Of a DNA stretch of 46,513 nt, positions 33,730 through 42,181 are shown piece by piece. Both the position numbers and the translations under genes were made by a program. The stretch covers positions 1 through 46,513 of the forward strand of contig JAULZV010000020.1 of NCBI GenBank assembly GCA_032117135.1. Direction: 5' to 3'. The notes under the pieces were generated by a model. The model made no database searches, had not been told where the DNA came from, and saw only the letters and a list, made by a program, of their open reading frames with translations. Positions within the stretch are counted from its first letter, which is position 1; the number at the start of each line of letters is the position of its first letter. This DNA is from Minisyncoccota bacterium. GTDB lineage: Bacteria > Patescibacteriota > Minisyncoccia > Phycocordibacterales > JAACPR01.

Positions 33730-36135
33730 TTACTCCGACACCACAATGTTGAGTAATCGATCTTTGACATAGATTGTTTTGATGATTTTTTTGTCCCCTA
33801 CCCACTTCTTATACTCATCTGTACCTCCAATACATTCGAGAACATCAGCTTCGGACAATGAATTAGATGTCTCATGTGAGAATCTTGTTTTGCCGTTAAT
33901 CTGAATCATTATTTTGAATGATTGTCCTTCGAGCACACCGAGATCTGCGACCGGGAATTTTTGATGATACACAAAACCTGAGAAGCCGATCATCTCCCAT
34001 ATCTCCTGAGCTACATGAGGTGCAAATACATTAAGTGGAATAAGAAATTGCGAAAGTGTCTTGACCGAACATTCGTGTTTTTCGAGTTCGTTGAGACATA
34101 TCATGAGCTTGGATAAGGCAGTATTGAATTTGAGTTGTTCAAAATCATAATGGATTTTGGAAAGCATTGTATGAAGTGCAACGAGCGATTGCTGAGAGTC
34201 GTTTTGACCTGCACGTGACGCAAGTGCAAACACTCGCTCAAAAAATCTGCGTATCCCAACTACCCCATTAGGATCCCATGGATAATTACCAGCTTCTCCG
34301 TATGGCCCCATGAATGCAAGGTATGACCGTACCACATCCGATCCAACTGTTTCAACCACCGAGTCTGGATCAATAACATTACCTTTTGACTTGCTCATTT
34401 TTTCTCCATCTGGACCAAGAATAAGTCCTCTGTTGTTACGCGTGATAAAAGGTTCGGTTTGAGTAACGAGTCCAAGATCATACATAACTTTGAAGAAAAA
34501 TCGTGCATACAAAAGATGTCGATTAGTATGTTCGCTCCCTCCTGAATAAAAATCTATCGGCATGAAAGTGCGGAGTGCGTCTGCAGATGCGAACTCACTT
34601 TCATTTACAGGATCTGTATACCTCATATAATACCAACTTGAATCAACAAAGGTGTCGAGAGTGTCTGTCTCGCGTTGGGCAGATCCACCACACGCAGGAC
34701 AGGTGGTAGTGACCCACTCTGTATTATGTGCAAGTGGTGATTTGCCATCATCTCTTATTTCGATCTTATCCATATCAGGTAATCGAACAGGAAGATCTTG
34801 TTCAGGAACAGGAACAACACCACACGATGCACAATGTATCATTGGGATGGGACATCCCCAGTATCTCTGACGCGAAACTGACCAGTCTTGGAGTTTGTAT
34901 GTTGTTGTTTTTGTTCCGTATCTTGTTGTAATTATTTCTTGAGCTTCAGAAACAGGTAGTGAATCAAATTCTCCAGAATTAATTAAGTGACCAGACAGAT
35001 CAAGATATGGTTTTTTATTTATAATACTTGGAGTATTGGAAGTAATTGCTGGTTCGACAACTTGTACAATTGGTAAATTGTACAACGTAGCAAATTCGAA
35101 ATCCCGCTCATCGTGAGCCGGCACTGCCATGACACATCCAGTTCCATATGAAGCAAGCACATAGTCAGAAATAAATATCGGTATCTCCTGCTTGGTTGCT
35201 GGATGAATAGCCTTAATTCCGTTCAACTGTACTCCTGTTTTTTGTTTATTTGTTTGCCTATCGAGATTAGTTTTTTGATTTGTTCGTTCAATATATTCCT
35301 CGACTTCATTCCAGTTTGAAATAGTAGACTTTAGCTCCTGAATAAGCTCATGTTCTGGAGCGATAACAACATAGGTCACCCCCATAAAAGTATCAGGTCG
35401 AGTTGTAAAAACTTTTATGTTTTCTTCAGCATCTTTGATATCAAACGTAAAAAAAGTTCCATGACTACGTCCTATCCAGTTTTTTTGAGATTCTTTGATA
35501 TGAGTAGGCCATGCAACATCATCCAAATCATCAATCAGACGATCTGCGTATTGAGTAATTTTGATATTCCACTGCATCATGACTTTTTGTTCGACAACAC
35601 TTGAACATCGTTCACATAGTCCAGCTTCGAGTTGTTCGTTAGCAAGCACAGTCTTGCAAGAAGGACACCAATTCACGTGACTTTGTTCGTGGGTGACGAG
35701 ACCTTTTTTGTAAAATTGCAAAAAAAGCCACTGTGTCCAGCGATAGTATTCGGGATCAGAGGTAGCAACCTGAGTACTCCAATCAATCATAGTCCCCATG
35801 CTTTTGACCTGTTTTTGCATGTGAGCAATATTAGAATAGGTCCAATCCTTTGGATTGAGACCTCGCTTGATAGCAGCATTCTCAGCAGGAAGTCCAAATG
35901 AGTCGAATCCAAATGGAAAAAAGACATCTTTACCAACATGATGCATATATCTTGCAAAAATATCTGTCACCGCAAATGCATACCAGTGACCCACATGAAG
36001 GTTGCCCGACGGGTATGGGAACTCAACAAGAATGTACATCTTGTCGGTTGGATTTTGATTTGTCTTAAAAATACCGGCATCGTCCCACTGCTTTTGCCAT
36101 TTTGCTTCAATAGATGAATGATCGTATGAATTCAT
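33730..36135 (-). CDS. leuS: leucine--tRNA ligase
   Basis: IEAKWQKQW, PYPSGNLHVGH (HIGH) and KMSKSKGN motifs, with a CP1 editing domain present. Start at MNSYDHS, supported by TGATATACT 7 nt upstream. Confidence 0.95.
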   Translation of the reverse strand: MNSYDHSSIEAKWQKQWDDAGIFKTNQNPTDKMYILVEFPYPSGNLHVGHWYAFAVTDIFARYMHHVGKDVFFPFGFDSFGLPAENAAIKRGLNPKDWTYSNIAHMQKQVKSMGTMIDWSTQVATSDPEYYRWTQWLFLQFYKKGLVTHEQSHVNWCPSCKTVLANEQLEAGLCERCSSVVEQKVMMQWNIKITQYADRLIDDLDDVAWPTHIKESQKNWIGRSHGTFFTFDIKDAEENIKVFTTRPDTFMGVTYVVIAPEHELIQELKSTISNWNEVEEYIERTNQKTNLDRQTNKQKTGVQLNGIKAIHPATKQEIPIFISDYVLASYGTGCVMAVPAHDERDFEFATLYNLPIVQVVEPAITSNTPSIINKKPYLDLSGHLINSGEFDSLPVSEAQEIITTRYGTKTTTYKLQDWSVSRQRYWGCPIPMIHCASCGVVPVPEQDLPVRLPDMDKIEIRDDGKSPLAHNTEWVTTTCPACGGSAQRETDTLDTFVDSSWYYMRYTDPVNESEFASADALRTFMPIDFYSGGSEHTNRHLLYARFFFKVMYDLGLVTQTEPFITRNNRGLILGPDGEKMSKSKGNVIDPDSVVETVGSDVVRSYLAFMGPYGEAGNYPWDPNGVVGIRRFFERVFALASRAGQNDSQQSLVALHTMLSKIHYDFEQLKFNTALSKLMICLNELEKHECSVKTLSQFLIPLNVFAPHVAQEIWEMIGFSGFVYHQKFPVADLGVLEGQSFKIMIQINGKTRFSHETSNSLSEADVLECIGGTDEYKKWVGDKKIIKTIYVKDRLLNIVVSE

Positions 36136-36142
36136 GTCGATG

Positions 36143-36151
36143 AGTATATCA
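36143..36151 (-). promoter_or_regulatory. extended -10 (TGATATACT), N7 before leuS ATG 36135
   Basis: The minus strand reads TGATATACT-CATCGAC-ATG. Confidence 0.5.
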
Positions 36152-36164
36152 TCTGCTCCAAAAG

Positions 36165-36192
36165 TTGACAAAGTCTATTGTAGTTGTATTAT
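36165..36192 (+). promoter_or_regulatory. sigma70-type promoter TTGACA-N16-TATTAT, 9 nt before ATG 36202
   Basis: TTGACA at 36165-36170, TATTAT at 36187-36192. Back-to-back with the leuS promoter. Confidence 0.45.
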
Positions 36193-36201
36193 GCAAATGT
36201 T

Positions 36202-36561
36202 ATGAAACCGTTCTTCACAGATATTATTGCTCCGATCACCCTTGTCTACATCATTCTCATCGTCATTGGTGGGATGATCAAAACAAGAATGTTCACAGAC
36301 AGACAGGAGACTGCCCGCTTCGTCAGGTATGTACCTCTCGCATTCTTACTCACTGTAGTGATGGCACTGTGCTCGTATCACTTCTGCAACACGTTTGACG
36401 AGACATGGATGTTCAGTTACGACGTTGTGTCGTGGACCATCTCGACCAATATCATCTCGTTTGCCGCGATGACAGTCAGCGCATTCGCAATGATAGTCTT
36501 TGCATGGCTCTACTTTTTTGAAAATGAGAAATTCGTCGATGAAAAAACAGCGGCGAAGTAG
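36202..36561 (+). CDS. hypothetical membrane protein (119 aa, 3 TM)
   Basis: ATG-initiated ORF with three hydrophobic helices, its own promoter and a strong terminator. Looks more G+C-rich than its surroundings. No family recognised. Confidence 0.55.
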   Translation: MKPFFTDIIAPITLVYIILIVIGGMIKTRMFTDRQETARFVRYVPLAFLLTVVMALCSYHFCNTFDETWMFSYDVVSWTISTNIISFAAMTVSAFAMIVFAWLYFFENEKFVDEKTAAK

Positions 36562-36600
36562 GTCCCGACAAACTGAACCAAAACCAGCACAGGTTCAATG

Positions 36601-36630
36601 TGCGCCCCGTGAAGACACGGGGCGCATTTT
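36601..36630 (+). terminator. rho-independent terminator
   Basis: TGCGCCCCGTG (36601-36611), loop AAGA, CACGGGGCGCA (36616-36626), then TTTT (36627-36630). Confidence 0.8.
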
Positions 36631-36781
36631 CAATTATAGGAGAGTGTTTTTGAATTACACCTTAAACTTGATCGTCTTAAATCTAATATTTACCATGTAT
36701 TAGATTTTATTAGATAGTATTAGTTTCAAGTTAGAATTCAGTCTAAACCCTAAACTCTATAACACTGCCGTCTTGTTTAGA

Positions 36782-36811
36782 TTGACAGAGTAGCTATTAC
36801 TGTGCTACAAT
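36782..36811 (+). promoter_or_regulatory. sigma70-type promoter TTGACA-N18-TACAAT
   Basis: TTGACA at 36782-36787, TACAAT at 36806-36811, followed by a perfect AAGGAGG at 36831-36837. Confidence 0.45.
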
Positions 36812-36850
36812 ATATACGTCAAACTTAACCAAGGAGGTCATACGAAAACG

Positions 36851-37015
36851 ATTAGTACGTTGATTGGATCATTCATCATCTGTTACGCCATCGGCTACAT
36901 GCTTTATGCGAGGCCGTGGCTCAACAGGAACCATCCGACTAAAATCGGTCTGGTCGACAAAGTCTTCTACTTGAGCTTGATCGTTTTTTCGATCATTCGC
37001 TACGTATGGAGCTAG
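36851..37015 (+). CDS. possible small two-helix membrane protein (about 54 aa) with non-ATG start
   Basis: Not in the supplied ORF track. The frame is open from 36794 to the TAG at 37013-37015. AAGGAGG lies upstream, and the in-frame candidate starts are ATT 36851 and TTG 36860 (first ATG only at 36899). Translation: ISTLIGSFIICYAIGYMLYARPWLNRNHPTKIGLVDKVFYLSLIVFSIIRYVWS. Confidence 0.3.
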   Translation: MSTLIGSFIICYAIGYMLYARPWLNRNHPTKIGLVDKVFYLSLIVFSIIRYVWS

Positions 37016-37082
37016 AGTTCATCATTCCGAATCTGAATGGTCACGCACCATAATTGGCAACAATTGAGGGTGTTTCTTTTTC

Positions 37083-38177
37083 TCAGACCAAAAACTCCAT
37101 CACATCTCCATCTAACACAACATGTTCCTTCCCCACTGTTTTGTTCCAGCCTTTTTCGCGTGCAGAGGCGTGTGAGCCGGCTTCGAGGAGTTTGTCCCAC
37201 GGGATGAGTGTTGCTCGGATGAATTTTTCTTTAAAATCAGTATGGATTGAAGCACCTGCCTCAGGTGCAGTTGCATTAAGATGTGTCGTCCATGCGCGAG
37301 TTTCTTTTTCACCTGTTGTGAAGTAGGTAATAAGCCCGAGCATTTCATATGACTTTTGAATAAGAGAATCGAGTCCTCCGTCGATACCCATTTCTTGCTT
37401 CATTTCGGTACGCTCTTGCTCGCTCATCTCGTTCATATCGAGTTCACTTGCCGCATCTACTTTTACATAGGTAAAATTATGCTCTTGGAAATAATCGATA
37501 AGCTTGATGTATCGCTCATCATTGAGATCATCGAGGTTTTTGCCTCCGGTCTGCTTGTTAAGTGCATACAAAATTGGTTTGGCTGACATAAGATGGAGAC
37601 CTTTGATGATTTTGGTTTCTTCTTCGTCCATATCAAGTTGATTGGCCATTTTGCCTAATTCGAGAACTTCTTTTATCTTGATCAAAATATCTAATTCTTT
37701 GACCGCGTTCTTATCGCCTCGCTTAGCATCTTTTTCAATGGTTCCAAGTCGTTTGTTGACAGTTTCAAGATCTGCCATGATGAGTTCGAGATTGATCACT
37801 TCAACATCCGAAAGTGGATCCACCTGTCCATGCACATGCGTGACGTTGGAGTCCTCGAAGATCCGTACCACTTCAAGAATTGCATCTGTCTCACGAATAT
37901 TGGTGAGAAATTTGTTTCCAAGACCTTCGCCCTTTGACGCACCCTTTACGAGACCTGCGATATCTGTGAACTCTACGATTGCGGGGATAGTTTTTTGTGT
38001 TTTTGAAAATTCGGCCAACTTGTAGAGACGATCATCTGGCACAGGAACAATACCCACCGAAGGATCGATGGTACAGAACGGATAATTCTCAGCAGGAACC
38101 GAGTTCTTGGTCAGTGCGTTGAATAATGTTGATTTGCCCACGTTGGGGAGGCCGACGACGCCGATACTTAAAGACAT
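37083..38177 (-). CDS. ychF: ribosome-binding ATPase YchF
   Basis: IGVVGLPNVGKSTLFNALT P-loop, TGS-like C-terminus (DGDVMEF), full length at 364 aa. Confidence 0.93.
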   Translation of the reverse strand: MSLSIGVVGLPNVGKSTLFNALTKNSVPAENYPFCTIDPSVGIVPVPDDRLYKLAEFSKTQKTIPAIVEFTDIAGLVKGASKGEGLGNKFLTNIRETDAILEVVRIFEDSNVTHVHGQVDPLSDVEVINLELIMADLETVNKRLGTIEKDAKRGDKNAVKELDILIKIKEVLELGKMANQLDMDEEETKIIKGLHLMSAKPILYALNKQTGGKNLDDLNDERYIKLIDYFQEHNFTYVKVDAASELDMNEMSEQERTEMKQEMGIDGGLDSLIQKSYEMLGLITYFTTGEKETRAWTTHLNATAPEAGASIHTDFKEKFIRATLIPWDKLLEAGSHASAREKGWNKTVGKEHVVLDGDVMEFLV

Positions 38178-38184
38178 GCTGACC

Positions 38185-38193
38185 AGTCTATCA
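38185..38193 (-). promoter_or_regulatory. extended -10-like (TGATAGACT), N7 before ATG 38177
   Basis: The minus strand reads TGATAGACT-GGTCAGC-ATG. Confidence 0.4.
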
Positions 38194-38297
38194 TAAAAAA
38201 CATTATTTTCTAATACTCCCTCAATACTTTATGACTAATTCGAAATGGAACAGATACTATCATCCATTTTTATGTATTTTACATAAAAAGTTTAGAT

Positions 38298-38531
38298 TTA
38301 CTTCTTCCCCTTCATCAGCGCCCTTTGAAGTTCTTCTTTATGATCCATCATCACCTGCATCATGGCAGATTGTTGGTCAATACCTTTTTTGATTTTGGCT
38401 TGAATCTCTACTGAGATAGTCTTGAGTAATTCTGGATTTTGATCTACAAGAGTCATAATCATCTCTTGTTGGTCCTTAGGCATATCTTTGACTTGCCTTT
38501 TGATCATTTGTTTCATTACAAAATTTAACAT
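38298..38531 (-). CDS. small helical Met/Gln/Lys-rich hypothetical protein (77 aa from ATG 38531)
   Basis: ORF 38298-38549 (TTG at 38549, first ATG at 38531). No TM helix and no recognised motif. Confidence 0.45.
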   Translation of the reverse strand: MLNFVMKQMIKRQVKDMPKDQQEMIMTLVDQNPELLKTISVEIQAKIKKGIDQQSAMMQVMMDHKEELQRALMKGKK

Positions 38532-38612
38532 AGTTCTTAGAGTGTACAATATTAGGTTCGGACGAGCAAATGAGGTGACGGGATATCTTACTCTATCTTT
38601 TTAGAGCCAAAT

Positions 38613-38667
38613 AATCACACACAATCACACACAATCACACACCAGCACCGACAACACAACAACACAG
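38613..38667. repeat. tandem decamer (AATCACACAC)x3 followed by a CA-rich tract
   Basis: AATCACACAC at 38613-38622, 38623-38632 and 38633-38642, then CAGCACCGACAACACAACAACACAG to 38667. Lies between the mltG-2 stop and the 83-aa ORF start. Confidence 0.8.
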
Positions 38668-38677
38668 TGAGCGAGAT

Positions 38678-39628
38678 TTATCTCAAATAATTCTGAATGT
38701 TGCGCTTGTGCTGCTCATAATTGGTTGCACAGTGGATATTACGCCTGTTGTCGTGGATATAAAACAAACAATCAGTTTGCATTGGCTGGAGCGCTGCAAG
38801 AATAGCATCTTTGCTCGGAGTTGCGATTGGAGCAGGCGGAAGTCCTTCGTATTTATACGTATTGAACGGCGATTCAATATACTTATCCTGAGACAACGGT
38901 ACGGGCCACCAGTTTTGAGGTGTTCCTTTGGCATATTGAAGTGTTGCATCAATTTGAAGTGGCATTCCAATCGAAAGTCGCTTATGAATCACTCCCGAGA
39001 TAAGGCGCATATCTGCTTTGCCCGCTGCTTCTCTTTGAATCAATGATGCAATAGTTATAATTTCAGGTACCGACACATCCGAAGATTGGATGCCAAGTTC
39101 GGTTAGTGTTTCATTAAAAGAGTTGAGCATGGTTTCTTCAACAATATCTGTCTCTTCTTTAACATGAATCAAATATGTACCAGATGCAAGGTATCCTTCA
39201 CGTCCATTATAGGGACACATTGGGCTCACTTCTGCAAAGGCTTCGATTTTTTCGGGTGTCCAGCCGAGCTTCTCTCCAATAATTTGTGCCATTTGTCCTT
39301 TTCTAAAACCATCAAAAATCAAAACATACTTAAACTTAGGTTCGTCCAAAGAAAGTGCGGTCGACACTGCACCCATACCACGAGTGAATTCGTAGCCACC
39401 TGGTTCGACCTCTCCTTTGAATGCAAGAATTGCCTGGAGAATAACTTTTGAAATACGATTACTAATCAATCCTTCTTGTTCGAGTGTAGTGATGAAGGAA
39501 TCAGTGTCGCCTGTATATGGAATATACACGACTTCGCTCGGCTGACTTTTTGAAATTGCCACAAAAAGGACAAAACAAAATACGAGTATCAAAAAAGATT
39601 TGATCTTGTGCGTAGAAAGATACTTCAT
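38678..39628 (-). CDS. mltG: endolytic murein transglycosylase MltG (YceG-like), copy 2
   Basis: N-terminal TM helix, ASLIQREA, PLQIDATLQY, SPFNTYKYEGLPPAPIATPS and CLFYIHD motifs. Confidence 0.8.
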   Translation of the reverse strand: MKYLSTHKIKSFLILVFCFVLFVAISKSQPSEVVYIPYTGDTDSFITTLEQEGLISNRISKVILQAILAFKGEVEPGGYEFTRGMGAVSTALSLDEPKFKYVLIFDGFRKGQMAQIIGEKLGWTPEKIEAFAEVSPMCPYNGREGYLASGTYLIHVKEETDIVEETMLNSFNETLTELGIQSSDVSVPEIITIASLIQREAAGKADMRLISGVIHKRLSIGMPLQIDATLQYAKGTPQNWWPVPLSQDKYIESPFNTYKYEGLPPAPIATPSKDAILAALQPMQTDCLFYIHDNRRNIHCATNYEQHKRNIQNYLR

Positions 39629-39638
39629 GTATGATACT

Positions 39639-39647
39639 AGTATATCA
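39639..39647 (-). promoter_or_regulatory. extended -10 (TGATATACT), N10 before ATG 39628
   Basis: The minus strand reads TGATATACT-AGTATCATAC-ATG. Confidence 0.45.
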
Positions 39648-39688
39648 GGAGATTACGTATGCACACTCATTTTTCATCCACACATCTA

Positions 39689-40048
39689 TTATTTTTTTCT
39701 AAATTCAAGTGAAATGGAATTGACACAATGCCTAACATTTTTAGGAGTTTGGTTTTCGCCCTCGAATACATGTCCAAGGTGTGCACTGCATGCAGTACAC
39801 ACTATCTCGGTTCGTCTTCCGTCTTTGTCTGGAATACGAGTGATTGCACCAGCTACTTCATCATCAAATGCAGGCCATCCACATCCTGAATCAAATTTGG
39901 CATCCGAGTGGTACAGTATTGCCCCACATCTTCGGCATGCATACTCACCCACCTCAAAATGTGCATCATATGCACCACTAAACGGCGCTTCAGTCCCCTT
40001 GTGTACAATAACCTTCTCTTCTTCTGGTGTCAGTGGTTTGATATTCAT
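39689..40048 (-). CDS. msrB: peptide-methionine (R)-S-oxide reductase
   Basis: CRRCGAILY...[11 protein letters not shown]...C..C.AHLGHVF, i.e. the zinc CxxC pairs and the catalytic region of MsrB. Confidence 0.9.
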   Translation of the reverse strand: MNIKPLTPEEEKVIVHKGTEAPFSGAYDAHFEVGEYACRRCGAILYHSDAKFDSGCGWPAFDDEVAGAITRIPDKDGRRTEIVCTACSAHLGHVFEGENQTPKNVRHCVNSISLEFRKK

Positions 40049-40054
40049 AGAGAT

Positions 40055-40063
40055 AGTATATCA
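40055..40063 (-). promoter_or_regulatory. extended -10 (TGATATACT), N6 before msrB ATG 40048
   Basis: The minus strand reads TGATATACT-ATCTCT-ATG, immediately downstream of the 40068-40108 terminator. Confidence 0.5.
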
Positions 40064-40067
40064 AATC

Positions 40068-40108
40068 AAAAGGCCGCCACACTTTTTATGATACATGGTG
40101 TGGTGGCC
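40068..40108 (-). terminator. rho-independent terminator after the ABC-F gene
   Basis: On the minus strand, GGCCACCACAC (40108-40098) pairs with GTGTGGCGGCC (40082-40072) with one G-U pair. 15-nt loop, then TTTT (40071-40068). Confidence 0.6.
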
Positions 40109-40137
40109 GGCTCCTACAAACCTCTTTATACAGCAAC

Positions 40138-41595
40138 TTACTTATCTAACTGGAGAGTTTGGTCAATTCTGATTTGACTGACAAATTCATGGACGTGACT
40201 TACGAGCACCATTGCACCTTCGTATTCGCTCAAGGCTTTGGCGATAACAGGCAGATGTCTAAAGTTAATATGGTTAGTTGGCTCATCAAGAATCAAAAGT
40301 CCCGGCTCCTGCAACACGAGACGTGCAAACGCTACAAGACCTTTTTGTCCTTCAGACAAACTCCCAATTTTTGTTTTCATCATTTCGGCTGTAATCAAAA
40401 AGCTCGCTGCAGTACTTCGAAGTCGATGTTCATCGGGTTCTTTCATAATGTCATAGAGCGACTTGTATACCACATCATCAAAATTAAGTGTCGAAAAATC
40501 TTGCCGATAATATCCCACCCTTACATCACTTTTTATTTTTGCACCTTTTGCCTTGCCTGTCGCAAGTGACTCAAGAAGTGTACTTTTGCCGATACCGTTT
40601 GGACCAGCAAGCAACAAATGCTTACCCTTTTTGAGTGACACATCTGCCTCTTTGGTGACAATCTTATGTGTCTTGGGATTCATTGTAGTGAATGAAGTAA
40701 TAGTCATCAATTCCCCACTCAAGTCAGCTTGAACAGGAATTCTAAAATTACGAATTGTTTTGTCCTCACGCCTCACATCAACTTTAGATTCTTCAAGTTC
40801 TTCAGCTTTTTCACGCATGCGTTTGGCAACCATACGCATTTGTCCTCCTTTATTAGCAAAAAAGTTTGCTTTATCTTTGTTGGCTTGAATTTCTTTTGCG
40901 AGTTGTGCGTTTTTTCGATTTTCTTTTTCGATACGAGCAGTAATTTCTTTAAGTAGATCAAAATAGTTACCGACATATTGTTCTACCTTGCGAGTAAAGA
41001 CGTCCAAATACAACACTCCATCAGTGAATGAGTTAAGAAAATCAGCATCATGGGAAATAACGAGGACTGTCTTATTGTATTGTTTTATAAAATCCGTCAG
41101 ATGCTCGATACCAGCCTTATCAAGATTGTTAGTTGGCTCATCAAGCAACAACACATCAGGGTTTTGAATCAGTGCAGAGGCAAGAAGAAGTCGTGCCTGC
41201 TGGCCACCAGAAAAACTTTTGATAAGTCGGTCATGAGGAGCAACAAGATTAACTGTCTCAAGGACTTGATCAATACGAGGATCAATATCATAGACGACCT
41301 TGTCAAAACAATTTTGAAAAAATTCTCGCACCGTCAATTCGAGCTCATCTCGCGCGATAACTTGCCGAGAGACAGCAATGGTAATTCCATTGACGATATT
41401 AATTTTGCCTTCTTCAGGCTTGAGATCACCGGTAATAAGTTTAAAAATCGTGCTTTTGCCTGCACCGTTTTGACCCATAATAGTGAGTTTGGCACGCTGA
41501 CGCACAATAAAAGACACATCTTCTAAGATGGGCTTATTCACTCCATATTCAAACGAGACCTTCTCAAATCTCACAATAGCTTCAGCCTTCGACAT
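40138..41595 (-). CDS. ABC-F family ATPase (tandem ABC domains, no TM domain)
   Basis: Walker A GQNGAGKST and GPNGIGKST, signatures FSGGQQ and LSEGQK, Walker B LLLDEPTNNLD and LILDEPTNHIN, and a charged inter-domain linker. Start at MSKAEAIV. Confidence 0.87.
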   Translation of the reverse strand: MSKAEAIVRFEKVSFEYGVNKPILEDVSFIVRQRAKLTIMGQNGAGKSTIFKLITGDLKPEEGKINIVNGITIAVSRQVIARDELELTVREFFQNCFDKVVYDIDPRIDQVLETVNLVAPHDRLIKSFSGGQQARLLLASALIQNPDVLLLDEPTNNLDKAGIEHLTDFIKQYNKTVLVISHDADFLNSFTDGVLYLDVFTRKVEQYVGNYFDLLKEITARIEKENRKNAQLAKEIQANKDKANFFANKGGQMRMVAKRMREKAEELEESKVDVRREDKTIRNFRIPVQADLSGELMTITSFTTMNPKTHKIVTKEADVSLKKGKHLLLAGPNGIGKSTLLESLATGKAKGAKIKSDVRVGYYRQDFSTLNFDDVVYKSLYDIMKEPDEHRLRSTAASFLITAEMMKTKIGSLSEGQKGLVAFARLVLQEPGLLILDEPTNHINFRHLPVIAKALSEYEGAMVLVSHVHEFVSQIRIDQTLQLDK

Positions 41596-41601
41596 CGCAT
41601 T

Positions 41602-41610
41602 ACCGTACCA
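41602..41610 (-). promoter_or_regulatory. extended -10-like (TGGTACGGT), N6 before ATG 41595
   Basis: The minus strand reads TGGTACGGT-AATGCG-ATG. The hexamer is weak but the geometry matches the other modules. Confidence 0.3.
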
Positions 41611-41881
41611 CACAAAACGATTTTTGCCTATTTTTTCATACTTCTACAGTACTATAGAAGTTACATTTCAAAAGATAATAATCAATTTTTATATACGTGG
41701 ATATTGCGCCTTAAAACATAATCTGAAGATTATTTTGCAGCTTTGTCTTGTTTGGGTTTCTTTTTTTCTTTTCGTTTATCTTGTCCTTTTGCCATAGTAT
41801 GTATGTTATATATAAATTTGTACCCACATCTCTATTTTCTCTCTCCTGTATCTAAAGTAAAGGTGGCCTGTTGATAAGTCC

Positions 41882-42151
41882 TTATTGTAACCTTGCTCGC
41901 TCGAATGCATCAAGTATTGTTGCCACAATATCTTCAAGTCCCGGAAGTAATCCAAGGAGACCAAGAAGAGTTCCTCCAAGTAATACAAGAAGTGTCGCAC
42001 CGACGATAATCCCCGCTCCACGCAACATTCCTCCGACAAACATAGGTAGCGCGGTAAAATATTTTGAGTGATCCTTCAGACCCTTTCGTAAATTACGAAG
42101 TTCTTTGACGACTGCTCGCTCACCTTTGTTGTCTGATTGCATATCATACAT
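41882..42151 (-). CDS. small membrane protein (89 aa), hypothetical
   Basis: Charged N-terminal helix followed by a Gly/Leu-rich hydrophobic stretch (FVGGMLRGAGIIVGATLLVLLGGTLLGLLGLL). Confidence 0.5.
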   Translation of the reverse strand: MYDMQSDNKGERAVVKELRNLRKGLKDHSKYFTALPMFVGGMLRGAGIIVGATLLVLLGGTLLGLLGLLPGLEDIVATILDAFERARLQ

Positions 42152-42181
42152 AGTAACACACCAGTGATTATATTTTTTAAA

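Noticed and set aside
36136-36201. T-box or other leader upstream of aminoacyl-tRNA synthetase genes (leuS, trpS, alaS, gltX)
   Set aside because: The upstream spacers are 10-70 nt with promoters abutting the ATG, which is far too short for a roughly 200-nt T-box leader.
38267-38289. AT-only hairpin TTTTTATGTA-TTT-TACATAAAAA between the 83-aa ORF and ychF
   Set aside because: The stem is entirely A/T and so has very low stability. It could be a weak terminator but is indistinguishable from AT-rich background.
41640-41661. 7-bp hairpin ACTTCTA-N8-TAGAAGT upstream of the ABC-F gene
   Set aside because: It is short, AT-rich and not followed by a T-run. It may be chance.
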